DNA of 38,179 nucleotides. It comes from a virus. Position 1 is the first letter of the stretch. Each line of letters opens with the position of its first letter. Made by a program: the position numbers and the translations under genes. Below, one piece after another: positions 24,669 through 30,294 of this stretch. The stretch is taken from IMG/VR virus record IMGVR_UViG_3300048913_000162; one strand, written 5' to 3'. The notes beneath the pieces were generated by a model, which had not been told where the DNA came from, ran no database searches, and saw only the letters and a list, made by a program, of their open reading frames with translations.

Positions 24669-24865
24669 GGCGGGCACTCCGAAAGTTGACGGCCATTGGC
24701 TTTCGTGACCTCGTAATGGCGAGCGAGCCAGCCGGTCTTCCAGTCAGCGATTGCGGCTGCTGATGGATTCATGCCGTGGTCGTCCAAGGTCAAGCCACGG
24801 TCGAACGCATCGGCGCCGCGTTGGCGCATCAGTGCGGGGGTGATTTCTCGAATTGCTTCGTCCAC
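24665..24865 (-). CDS. Hypothetical protein (66 aa)
   Basis: GTG start with GAGG 6 nt upstream. Confidence 0.5.
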   Translation of the reverse strand: MDEAIREITPALMRQRGADAFDRGLTLDDHGMNPSAAAIADWKTGWLARHYEVTKANGRQLSECPP

Positions 24866-24867
24866 GA

Positions 24868-25062
24868 TTACCTCTTCTTGTCTGTTGCTCTGCGGTAGTG
24901 CTCGACGGCTTCGGCCAGCTCTACACCGCTTTTCTCGTACCGGCCAGCTGCGCGCTTCTTCTCGTCAGGCGGAGCGACTTGCACAGCCTTCCGACGATCT
25001 GCCCATGTACAGGCCTTTGCTATCACTTTTTTTGCCTCATAACTTTCATGTGATTCACTCAT
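24868..25062 (-). CDS. Hypothetical basic protein (64 aa)
   Basis: ATG with an AGGGA RBS. Confidence 0.5.
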   Translation of the reverse strand: MSESHESYEAKKVIAKACTWADRRKAVQVAPPDEKKRAAGRYEKSGVELAEAVEHYRRATDKKR

Positions 25063-25079
25063 TCAGTTATCCCTTTTAT

Positions 25080-25102
25080 GGCCCGTTTCCCGGGCTGTTT
25101 TT
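25080..25102 (+). terminator. Plus-strand intrinsic-terminator-like hairpin inside the minus-strand early operon
   Basis: GCCCG-TTTCC-CGGGC followed by TGTTTTTG on the plus strand. No U-tract follows on the minus strand. Confidence 0.35.
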
Positions 25103-25129
25103 GCCGTCTCCTAGCGCAGCCGAAACCCA

Positions 25130-25381
25130 TTAAAGATGCCTCCTGCCGTTGCTCACGCCGCGCGCTCGACCAGCCACACGACCCGGGCCCGGACATCCTC
25201 GGGATTCCTTGAGCGTGGGCGGCGCAATACCATGGGTCTGCACCGCGTTGTTGATAAGGCAGCGGTTGAGCGCGCTTTTCGAGATACCGAGCAGCTTGCT
25301 CAACGCTGTGAAATTACCCATCTCTTTCGGGTTCAACAGGGTTTCTAAAACTTCGGTACGAACGTCAGGGTTAAGGCTCAT
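25130..25381 (-). CDS. Small HTH protein in the cII position (possible CII-like regulator)
   Basis: GNFTALSKLLGISKSALNRCLINN is an HTH-like segment. The internal ATG at 25381 has AAGGAG 7 nt upstream. Functional assignment is positional only. Confidence 0.45.
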   Translation of the reverse strand: MSLNPDVRTEVLETLLNPKEMGNFTALSKLLGISKSALNRCLINNAVQTHGIAPPTLKESRGCPGPGRVAGRARGVSNGRRHL

Positions 25382-25449
25382 GGTTTGCTCCTTGGTGTTG
25401 CGGGTTACGAGGACGGCTGTTAGGCCGGGGTGCTGCTGATGCTTAAGGG

Positions 25450-25719
25450 TTACTGCGGCTGGGGTTCTGTAGCTGGTGGGCTGACAGTCTTGCGACGGCG
25501 ACGAGCAAGTTCCGGCCAGATGCTTTCCCATTCGTCTGGGAATAGCTCTTGACGGGTTACTTGGCCGGACGTGTGTCGCTCGATCTGAGCGCCATATTTG
25601 CTGGGGATAGGGCGCTTGCCCTTGGCCCAGTCCGTGACGTTGGGAGCATGTGTGCCAAGAGCCTTTGCCATTGCGGCAGCTCGGCCACGTCCTTGCGAAA
25701 GGTAGTCAGAGAGTTTCAT
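25450..25719 (-). CDS. cro: Cro-like regulator (YdaS/Cro HTH family)
   Basis: MKLSDYLSQ..AAAMAKALGTHAPNVTDWAKGKRPIPSKYGAQIERHTSGQVTRQELFPDEW is the YdaS-type pattern. The gene is divergent from the repressor gene across the operators. ATG 25719 lies 8 nt after the TAATAT -10 and has no SD, so the mRNA is possibly leaderless. The ORF track extends the ORF to 25728. Confidence 0.7.
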   Translation of the reverse strand: MKLSDYLSQGRGRAAAMAKALGTHAPNVTDWAKGKRPIPSKYGAQIERHTSGQVTRQELFPDEWESIWPELARRRRKTVSPPATEPQPQ

Positions 25720-25726
25720 AACCATC

Positions 25727-25755
25727 ATATTAGCCCACGGCTAATACGAACGCAA
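25727..25755 (-). promoter_or_regulatory. PR-like early promoter
   Basis: The minus strand reads TTGCGT-TCGTATTAGCCGTGGGC-TAATAT (17-nt spacer), with the operator embedded in the spacer and -10. Confidence 0.6.
25729..25745. promoter_or_regulatory. Operator OR1 (perfect 7-3-7 palindrome)
   Basis: ATTAGCCcacGGCTAAT. Its reverse complement is identical to the site at 27509..27525. Confidence 0.75.
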
Positions 25756-25762
25756 GCACGTT

Positions 25763-25779
25763 ATTAGCCTGTGGCGAAT
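25763..25779. promoter_or_regulatory. Operator OR2 (imperfect palindrome)
   Basis: ATTAGCCtgtGGCGAAT, 34 bp centre-to-centre from OR1. Confidence 0.65.
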
Positions 25780-25795
25780 TCAACCTTTAGCCAAT

Positions 25796-26236
25796 ATGAC
25801 GTTTAATACAACGATGAAGAAAATCGAGGACGTGCGCCGCGACAACTTACGTCGCCTGCGTGACGAATTAGGTGGGGTTCAGGAGCTAGCGGATCGACTT
25901 GGGAAAAGTCAATCGCAGATCAGTCAATGGTTGAACGCATCTACGCATTCGGCGACTGGGAAGCCTCGGACCATAAGTAGCGGCTCATGTCGAGAGCTTG
26001 AGCGGACACTCAAAAAGCCGGAGGGCTGGATGGACGTCGAGCACGGGCCCCTGACCATAGTTCATTCCAATGAGGCGACCGCGTTACGGAAGATTCTGGC
26101 TGACGCATCAGCCGAGGTCCGATTGTTGTCCGTTTACAACCTTGCGAACGCTGACCAGCGGGAACTCATAGATAGCGCAGTGCGCCTGGTCATCGAGAAG
26201 CTGGACATCGTCACGGCTCTCCAAGGTCGTAAGTGA
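25796..26236 (+). CDS. cI: CI-like immunity repressor: XRE-type HTH N-terminus and a short helical C-terminus, with no S24 peptidase domain
   Basis: LRRLRDELGGVQELADRLGKSQSQISQWLN is an HTH. Divergent from the cro-like gene across the operators. 146 aa, with no Ser-Lys autocleavage module visible. No SD before the ATG. Confidence 0.75.
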   Translation: MTFNTTMKKIEDVRRDNLRRLRDELGGVQELADRLGKSQSQISQWLNASTHSATGKPRTISSGSCRELERTLKKPEGWMDVEHGPLTIVHSNEATALRKILADASAEVRLLSVYNLANADQRELIDSAVRLVIEKLDIVTALQGRK

Positions 26237-26566
26237 AGCGGGAATTGCCTGCTTCGCGTATGCACGCAAGAGCTGCCGGGCCATGCCGACAAGATGCTCC
26301 CGCCCCATGTCATTCATCAATGAATACATTGCCGCAAGCTCAGGCATATGGTTCATACACACCTCAAAAGAAGGGACGTGTCAACGAGCCCATTCAGTAA
26401 TTGATAGTTACCGGTACTGCAGATACGAAGCGAGGTCGTGTTCAATATCCTAAGGATTTTCTTAGTGTTTCCCTAGGGATTGCCTTAAAACATAGCACGA
26501 TTTTTGTCTTGACGTGAAGCAATTTTAAACACTGTTACGTTTGGATTGCAGTTGTTCGGTAGCATG

Positions 26567-26595
26567 TTTCCAGATAAATACTGTACACCTATACA
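26567..26595 (+). promoter_or_regulatory. Candidate sigma70 promoter overlapped by the LexA box
   Basis: TTTCCA-N17-TATACA. Both hexamers match consensus at 4 of 6 positions. Confidence 0.35.
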
Positions 26596-26598
26596 GTA
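26579..26598. promoter_or_regulatory. LexA (SOS) box
   Basis: TACTGTACACCTATACAGTA has perfect CTGT-N8-ACAG cores and perfect TACTGT/ACAGTA arms. It matches the TACTGTATATATATACAGTA consensus at 17 of 20 positions. Confidence 0.75.
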
Positions 26599-26690
26599 GT
26601 TTGCGCTAGATCATTATGGTGTCACAAGGCGAGCATGATTTTAACAATCGGGTGGGCGCGAAGGCGCGCCTAATGTCGGATGGAGGGAGC

Positions 26691-26945
26691 ATGGGTTGGG
26701 GGATAGCAATAGGCATTCTGCTATTAGGCGGAATCTATAACGCGGTAAAAGAATGCTTACTTGAGTTGAGAAAAATCTCAATGCATTCGCGAGCTATGGA
26801 GGAAGTAATCTCTTCTATTAACTCAAATATTGTTGTTATAACTATTAGTCTGGATCGAGTTGATTCCAGACTGGCCAACGTGGAAGCGACCGCAAACCTC
26901 GCATATGATCGTCTGGCGGAGTCAAGGTATTCAAACAACAAATAA
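26691..26945 (+). CDS. AT-rich orphan small membrane protein (N-terminal TM helix plus a helical/coiled-coil tail); accessory gene in the rexAB-equivalent slot
   Basis: ATG 26691 is preceded by GGAGGGAG. MGWGIAIGILLLGGIYNAVKECLLELRKISMHSRAMEEVISSINSNIVVITISLDRVDSRLANVEATANLAYDRL... The ORF is visibly far more AT-rich than the rest of the genome. The ORF track extends it to ATG 26616, which has no SD. Confidence 0.55.
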   Translation: MGWGIAIGILLLGGIYNAVKECLLELRKISMHSRAMEEVISSINSNIVVITISLDRVDSRLANVEATANLAYDRLAESRYSNNK

Positions 26946-26989
26946 TCCCCGCTTGGGGCAGGGATTCGTAATGCGGGGTTGACAGCCCC

Positions 26990-27011
26990 AAAACGGCAGT
27001 TGTCGCTGCCG
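26990..27011 (-). terminator. Minus-strand intrinsic terminator (convergent on the AT-rich ORF)
   Basis: The minus strand reads CGGCAG-CGACAA-CTGCCG followed by TTTTGGGG. Confidence 0.5.
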
Positions 27012-27234
27012 AAGGTGAGGATACTGCGAAGACGGTCCCCCGCGAACCGCAATCGCTGAGGCAGGCAATAGTCTCTTCGCGTGTCCAAGCCGACCAGTGG
27101 AGCGGGGCTACCCCCACTCCACTGGCTGCCAAGAAGCTGCTGCAGCAGCTGACCGGCACGTGCCATGGAAGGGCACGTTAAATATACCTACGGGCTAAAA
27201 CGCTCGTGCGCACGAGCTTTCACCGAGAACATCC

Positions 27235-27345
27235 ATGAAAGCGAATGCTAAAGCAATACAGGTGGGCTGGCTTCTTGCCGTGGCCAAAGTAATCGATTCG
27301 ATCACATCGTTACTGAGGACGCTCCACGACATTGGCAAGCTGTGA
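27235..27345 (+). CDS. Candidate 36-aa amphipathic/hydrophobic peptide ORF
   Basis: MKANAKAIQVGWLLAVAKVIDSITSLLRTLHDIGKL. Only a weak GAGAA upstream. Flanked by hairpins. Coding status uncertain. Confidence 0.25.
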   Translation: MKANAKAIQVGWLLAVAKVIDSITSLLRTLHDIGKL

Positions 27346-27418
27346 CCTGAGCCAGGCGGCCCGGTGAAAGCTGGGCCGCCAGTGCTGAACTCTACACCTC
27401 ATCCCATCGGTTTACAAC

Positions 27419-27445
27419 AGCCCGCCATGAGCGGGCTAATTTTTT
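27419..27445 (+). terminator. Plus-strand rho-independent terminator closing the repressor/accessory transcription unit before OL
   Basis: AGCCCGC-CATGA-GCGGGCT followed by AATTTTTTG. Confidence 0.7.
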
Positions 27446-27474
27446 GTCCATTTTATCCGACTTCATGGATCGCC

Positions 27475-27491
27475 ATTAGCCTTTGGCGAAA
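27475..27491. promoter_or_regulatory. Operator OL2 (imperfect palindrome)
   Basis: ATTAGCCtttGGCGAAA, 34 bp centre-to-centre from OL1, the same spacing as OR1-OR2. Confidence 0.65.
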
Positions 27492-27498
27492 ATAATTG

Positions 27499-27527
27499 TT
27501 GCACTCAGATTAGCCGTGGGCTAATAT
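27499..27527 (+). promoter_or_regulatory. PL-like early promoter
   Basis: TTGCAC-TCAGATTAGCCGTGGGC-TAATAT, identical to the PR-like promoter at 26 of 29 positions. Confidence 0.6.
27509..27525. promoter_or_regulatory. Operator OL1 (perfect 7-3-7 palindrome)
   Basis: ATTAGCCgtgGGCTAAT. Confidence 0.75.
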
Positions 27528-27573
27528 AACTCCATCGCAACGAGCCCAGCAGGGCGAACCGAGGGAGACCGAC

Positions 27574-27756
27574 ATGTACACCTACACCGTAGTTTGCTTT
27601 GGAGCCGAGATTGGCTTTGGCGAGAGCGAAACCTTCCTGGACGCCAAGCGCGAGGCCGAAGCGCAAGCATCGGAAAACGGCAGCTGGTATCCGCGCAGCG
27701 ATTGGGGCTACATCACCCGCAATCCGGCCGGGATGACGGTCGAGTTTAACGTCTGA
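27574..27756 (+). CDS. Hypothetical early protein (60 aa)
   Basis: ATG with a GAGGGAG RBS; first gene after the PL-like promoter. Confidence 0.55.
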   Translation: MYTYTVVCFGAEIGFGESETFLDAKREAEAQASENGSWYPRSDWGYITRNPAGMTVEFNV

Positions 27757-27767
27757 TCGGAGGCCGC

Positions 27768-28115
27768 ATGAACGCCCGCATGTCCCCCGAAGAGGCCCGC
27801 GACGCGAAGATCCGCGAGCTCACCGCCAAGAACGCCGAGTACACGAAGGCTCTGATCGCGAAAGGTGACGTCAAGACGATCCACGATGTTGGCAACGACG
27901 TCACCAACTACCTCGCGTTTGCCCAAGAGGATCTGAACAAGCTTGTTACCGGCGCACTCACTTTCGAGCAGGTGCGCGACAAGGTGATCGAGGACGACGC
28001 CGAGGTTCAGGCTATCTCGCAGGTCGAGAAGATGGAATCGGAACGAGAAGAAGAGGCGCGCTGGGCACGTATCGAGCGCATGGCTTGGAATCGTGAGATT
28101 GGGTGGTTGATATGA
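27768..28115 (+). CDS. Hypothetical early protein (115 aa, acidic)
   Basis: ATG with GGAGG 5 nt upstream. Confidence 0.6.
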   Translation: MNARMSPEEARDAKIRELTAKNAEYTKALIAKGDVKTIHDVGNDVTNYLAFAQEDLNKLVTGALTFEQVRDKVIEDDAEVQAISQVEKMESEREEEARWARIERMAWNREIGWLI

Positions 28116-28324
28116 GCACGCAGACCACGACCGGGCGTCTCGAAGCCCTCAAGCGCTCGCTGGAAGCCGCACGCGACACGGATCAATCGCCAATCCCGGC
28201 CAGCATCCGCCAGCAGCACGACCTGTACATGCAGGGCCTGAATGACGGCGTGCAGCTAGCCATCGATGCGATCAACTACGAACTGCAGACTGTCAATGCC
28301 GGGCTGCTGGCAGTACACCAATAA
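28112..28324 (+). CDS. Hypothetical early protein (70 aa)
   Basis: ATGA overlap with the upstream stop. The ORF-track start at 28103 is GTG. Confidence 0.55.
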   Translation: MSTQTTTGRLEALKRSLEAARDTDQSPIPASIRQQHDLYMQGLNDGVQLAIDAINYELQTVNAGLLAVHQ

Positions 28325-28362
28325 ACCAGCCGCCGGCGGCGCCGGCCAGATAGGAGCAGCAG

Positions 28363-28665
28363 ATGGGCATCGTGAAGTTCAAAACTGGTTTTACGCGTGA
28401 GCCGATCGAACGAGTCGAGGTTCTGCGCGAGACCAAGGCTTCCGTCTACGTCCCTACGAATGGCTTCCAGCCAAAGGGCGAGAAAGAGCGGCGCGAAGCA
28501 AAGATGGGCGAGTGCGCGCAATACCACGACACGTGGGAAGCCGCGCACGAATTCTTGATGGTTAAGGCGCAGGCTGAAGTTGCCAAGGCTCGCCGTAGCC
28601 TGGAATTGGCAAATTCAAAGCTGGGCAACATCAAAGGCATGAAGCAGCCGAAGGGTGCCCAATGA
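28363..28665 (+). CDS. Hypothetical early protein (100 aa, basic)
   Basis: ATG with a TAGGAG RBS. Confidence 0.6.
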   Translation: MGIVKFKTGFTREPIERVEVLRETKASVYVPTNGFQPKGEKERREAKMGECAQYHDTWEAAHEFLMVKAQAEVAKARRSLELANSKLGNIKGMKQPKGAQ

Positions 28666-28838
28666 CCACCGCCCGCATCGCCCGCCACCAGGAGCAGGCC
28701 GAGCCAGCACCGCGCCGCGACGTCATCGGATCGCTGCTGTTCTGGAAGCTGGACTTTTTTGAGGCGCATCCCTTGGTCTGCTTTGCGGGCTTGGTGATGA
28801 CGATTGTGCTGAATGGGATTTTGGAGCGCTTGCCTTAG
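28662..28838 (+). CDS. Hypothetical 58-aa protein with a C-terminal hydrophobic helix
   Basis: MTTARIARHQEQAEPAPRRDVIGSLLFWKLDFFEAHPLVCFAGLVMTIVLNGILERLP. ATGA coupling and GC3-rich. Below the ORF-track cutoff. Confidence 0.45.
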   Translation: MTTARIARHQEQAEPAPRRDVIGSLLFWKLDFFEAHPLVCFAGLVMTIVLNGILERLP

Positions 28839-28847
28839 GGATTCGAT

Positions 28848-29345
28848 ATGTATCTAGCTGAGCATTTCACTGTAGAGGAACTCTCAAAGGTTTTTTCATA
28901 CGATAAGGATACGGGGATTATTTCATGGGCAATAAAGCGTAAAAAAAAGGTAGGCACCCGTTGTGGGTCTATGACACGAAATGGGTATAGGAGAGTGTCG
29001 CTCTATGGAATAAGTATGGCGGAACATCGTGTCGCTTGGGCGCTGCACTATGGGGAGTGGCCGCAAGGACAGATCGATCACATTAACCGCAATCGAACGG
29101 ATAACCGCATCAACAATTTGCGATTGGCTACTCAAGCAGAAAACTGCACAAACCGGCTTAGCAAAAATCGCCACGGACTTTCTGGAGTTGCACTTCTTCC
29201 GCATGGTCGGTGGCAGGCGCAGACACAGATCAACGGAGTCCCTAAGTATCTAGGAACTTTCGATACGAAAGAGCTTGCTCATCAGGCATATGTGGACTAC
29301 GTGAGCCGTACCCGCGCAGATTACCTGCCGAAGGAATCCACATGA
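28848..29345 (+). CDS. HNH homing endonuclease with a C-terminal AP2 DNA-binding domain
   Basis: NGYRRVSLYGISMAEHRVAWALHYGEWPQGQIDHINRNRTDNRINNLRLATQAEN is the HNH_3 type. GVALLPHGRWQAQTQINGVPKYLGTFDTKELAHQAY is the AP2 type. The gene is visibly AT-richer than its neighbours. Confidence 0.85.
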   Translation: MYLAEHFTVEELSKVFSYDKDTGIISWAIKRKKKVGTRCGSMTRNGYRRVSLYGISMAEHRVAWALHYGEWPQGQIDHINRNRTDNRINNLRLATQAENCTNRLSKNRHGLSGVALLPHGRWQAQTQINGVPKYLGTFDTKELAHQAYVDYVSRTRADYLPKEST

Positions 29346-29455
29346 TCCGCCACGCCGCCGCAGCCCTCGTGTTCCTGCTGGCCTTCCTGTTCATCGTAGC
29401 GGAAGTGCAGCAGTTGGACGAGTTGAACGAGATACCGATCTGGAGACCGACGTGA
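29342..29455 (+). CDS. Hypothetical 37-aa membrane peptide
   Basis: MIRHAAAALVFLLAFLFIVAEVQQLDELNEIPIWRPT. ATGA coupling upstream and GTGA coupling downstream. Confidence 0.35.
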   Translation: MIRHAAAALVFLLAFLFIVAEVQQLDELNEIPIWRPT

Positions 29456-29667
29456 AACGCAAGTACCGAGAAGCGATGCGTGCGGCAGCACGGGAGCGCG
29501 ATGCGATTGAGGCTCGCGACTGGCACGAAGAGGCGGCACAGCGCCGAACCCTGTGGCCGCCGATGCCCGTCAAGCCGGCAGGTGGCGAACCCTGGCGACC
29601 GGTGATGACCGAGCAGGAGCGCAGGGATCACGAGCAGTACGTACGAGAGAACAATTTGCCCTTCTAG
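29452..29667 (+). CDS. Hypothetical protein (71 aa)
   Basis: GTG start overlapping the upstream stop. Confidence 0.5.
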   Translation: MKRKYREAMRAAARERDAIEARDWHEEAAQRRTLWPPMPVKPAGGEPWRPVMTEQERRDHEQYVRENNLPF

Positions 29668-29676
29668 AGGAAGACC

Positions 29677-30294
29677 ATGAAAGTTTACCAAGCAATCGCC
29701 GAAGTCGCTGCCGAACTGGCCGCGCGCGGCATCTCCAAGGACAGCCGCAACCAGGCGCAAGGCTTCAACTTCCGTGGCATCGACGCTGTGTATAACGCGC
29801 TGGCGCCGCTGCTGGCAAAGCACAAGCTCTGCATCCTGCCGCGCTGCATCAGCCGCGAATGCGTCGAGCGCACGAACGCCAAGGGCAACGCACTGTTCTA
29901 CGTGACCGTGCAAGCCGAGTTTGACCTCGTGAGCGCCGAAGACGGCAGCAAACACACTGTGTCCACGTTCGGCGAGGCGATGGACAGCGGCGACAAGGCC
30001 ACGAACAAGGCTATGAGCGCCGCCTACAAGTATGCCGCGTTCCAAGCTTTCTGCATCCCCACTGAAGAAACAAGTGTGGACAGCGACGCCGAGACACACG
30101 AGGTTCGTGCGCAGCCTGACAGCGTGGGCCTTGCGAATGCCGTCAACGCCATCAAGGGCGCGGGCACCGTGAAGGAAATTGGTGAGCACCTGAAGGCAGC
30201 CGTGGCCCTGTACCCGAACAGCAAAGAAGCGCTCCAGAAGCACGCCAGCGAGCGCAAAGCACAACTCACCCAACAACTCGCGGAGCAAGCATGA
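29677..30294 (+). CDS. erf: ERF-family single-strand annealing recombinase
   Basis: FNFRGIDAVYNALAPLLAKHKL and GEAMDSGDKATNKAMSAAYKYAAFQAFCIPTEE match the P22 Erf family pattern. Confidence 0.85.
   Translation: MKVYQAIAEVAAELAARGISKDSRNQAQGFNFRGIDAVYNALAPLLAKHKLCILPRCISRECVERTNAKGNALFYVTVQAEFDLVSAEDGSKHTVSTFGEAMDSGDKATNKAMSAAYKYAAFQAFCIPTEETSVDSDAETHEVRAQPDSVGLANAVNAIKGAGTVKEIGEHLKAAVALYPNSKEALQKHASERKAQLTQQLAEQA

Noticed and set aside
26108-26362. Minus-strand 84-aa ORF convergent with the repressor gene and overlapping its 3' end by 129 nt. A perfect TTGACA hexamer lies upstream.
   Set aside because: No acceptable -10 follows the TTGACA at 16-18 nt. More than half of the ORF is antisense to the well-supported repressor C-terminus. 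No family was recognised. It is kept only as a remote possibility of an antisense transcript.
26735-27166. Minus-strand ORFs of 143 aa and 104 aa (26845..27159) spanning the structured region and the AT-rich gene.
   Set aside because: Both read antisense through the AT-rich plus-strand ORF, which has the strong SD and the TM helix. Both run straight across the minus-strand intrinsic terminator at 26990-27011. No RBS is present, and the composition changes abruptly mid-ORF.
26972-27180. Open plus-strand frame reading ...VAAEGEDTAKTVPREPQSLRQAIVSSRVQADQWSGATPTPLAAKKLLQQLTGTCHGRAR, which looks protein-like.
   Set aside because: It has no ATG, GTG or TTG start anywhere in frame after the preceding stop at 26969. 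It could be a decayed gene remnant, but I cannot support a CDS or pseudogene call without a homologue.
27544-27555. GCCC-AGCA-GGGC hairpin in the PL leader as a boxB/nut-like antitermination site.
   Set aside because: The stem is only 4 bp. There is no matching element on the PR side, and I found no N-like Arg-rich protein in the genome. The evidence is insufficient.
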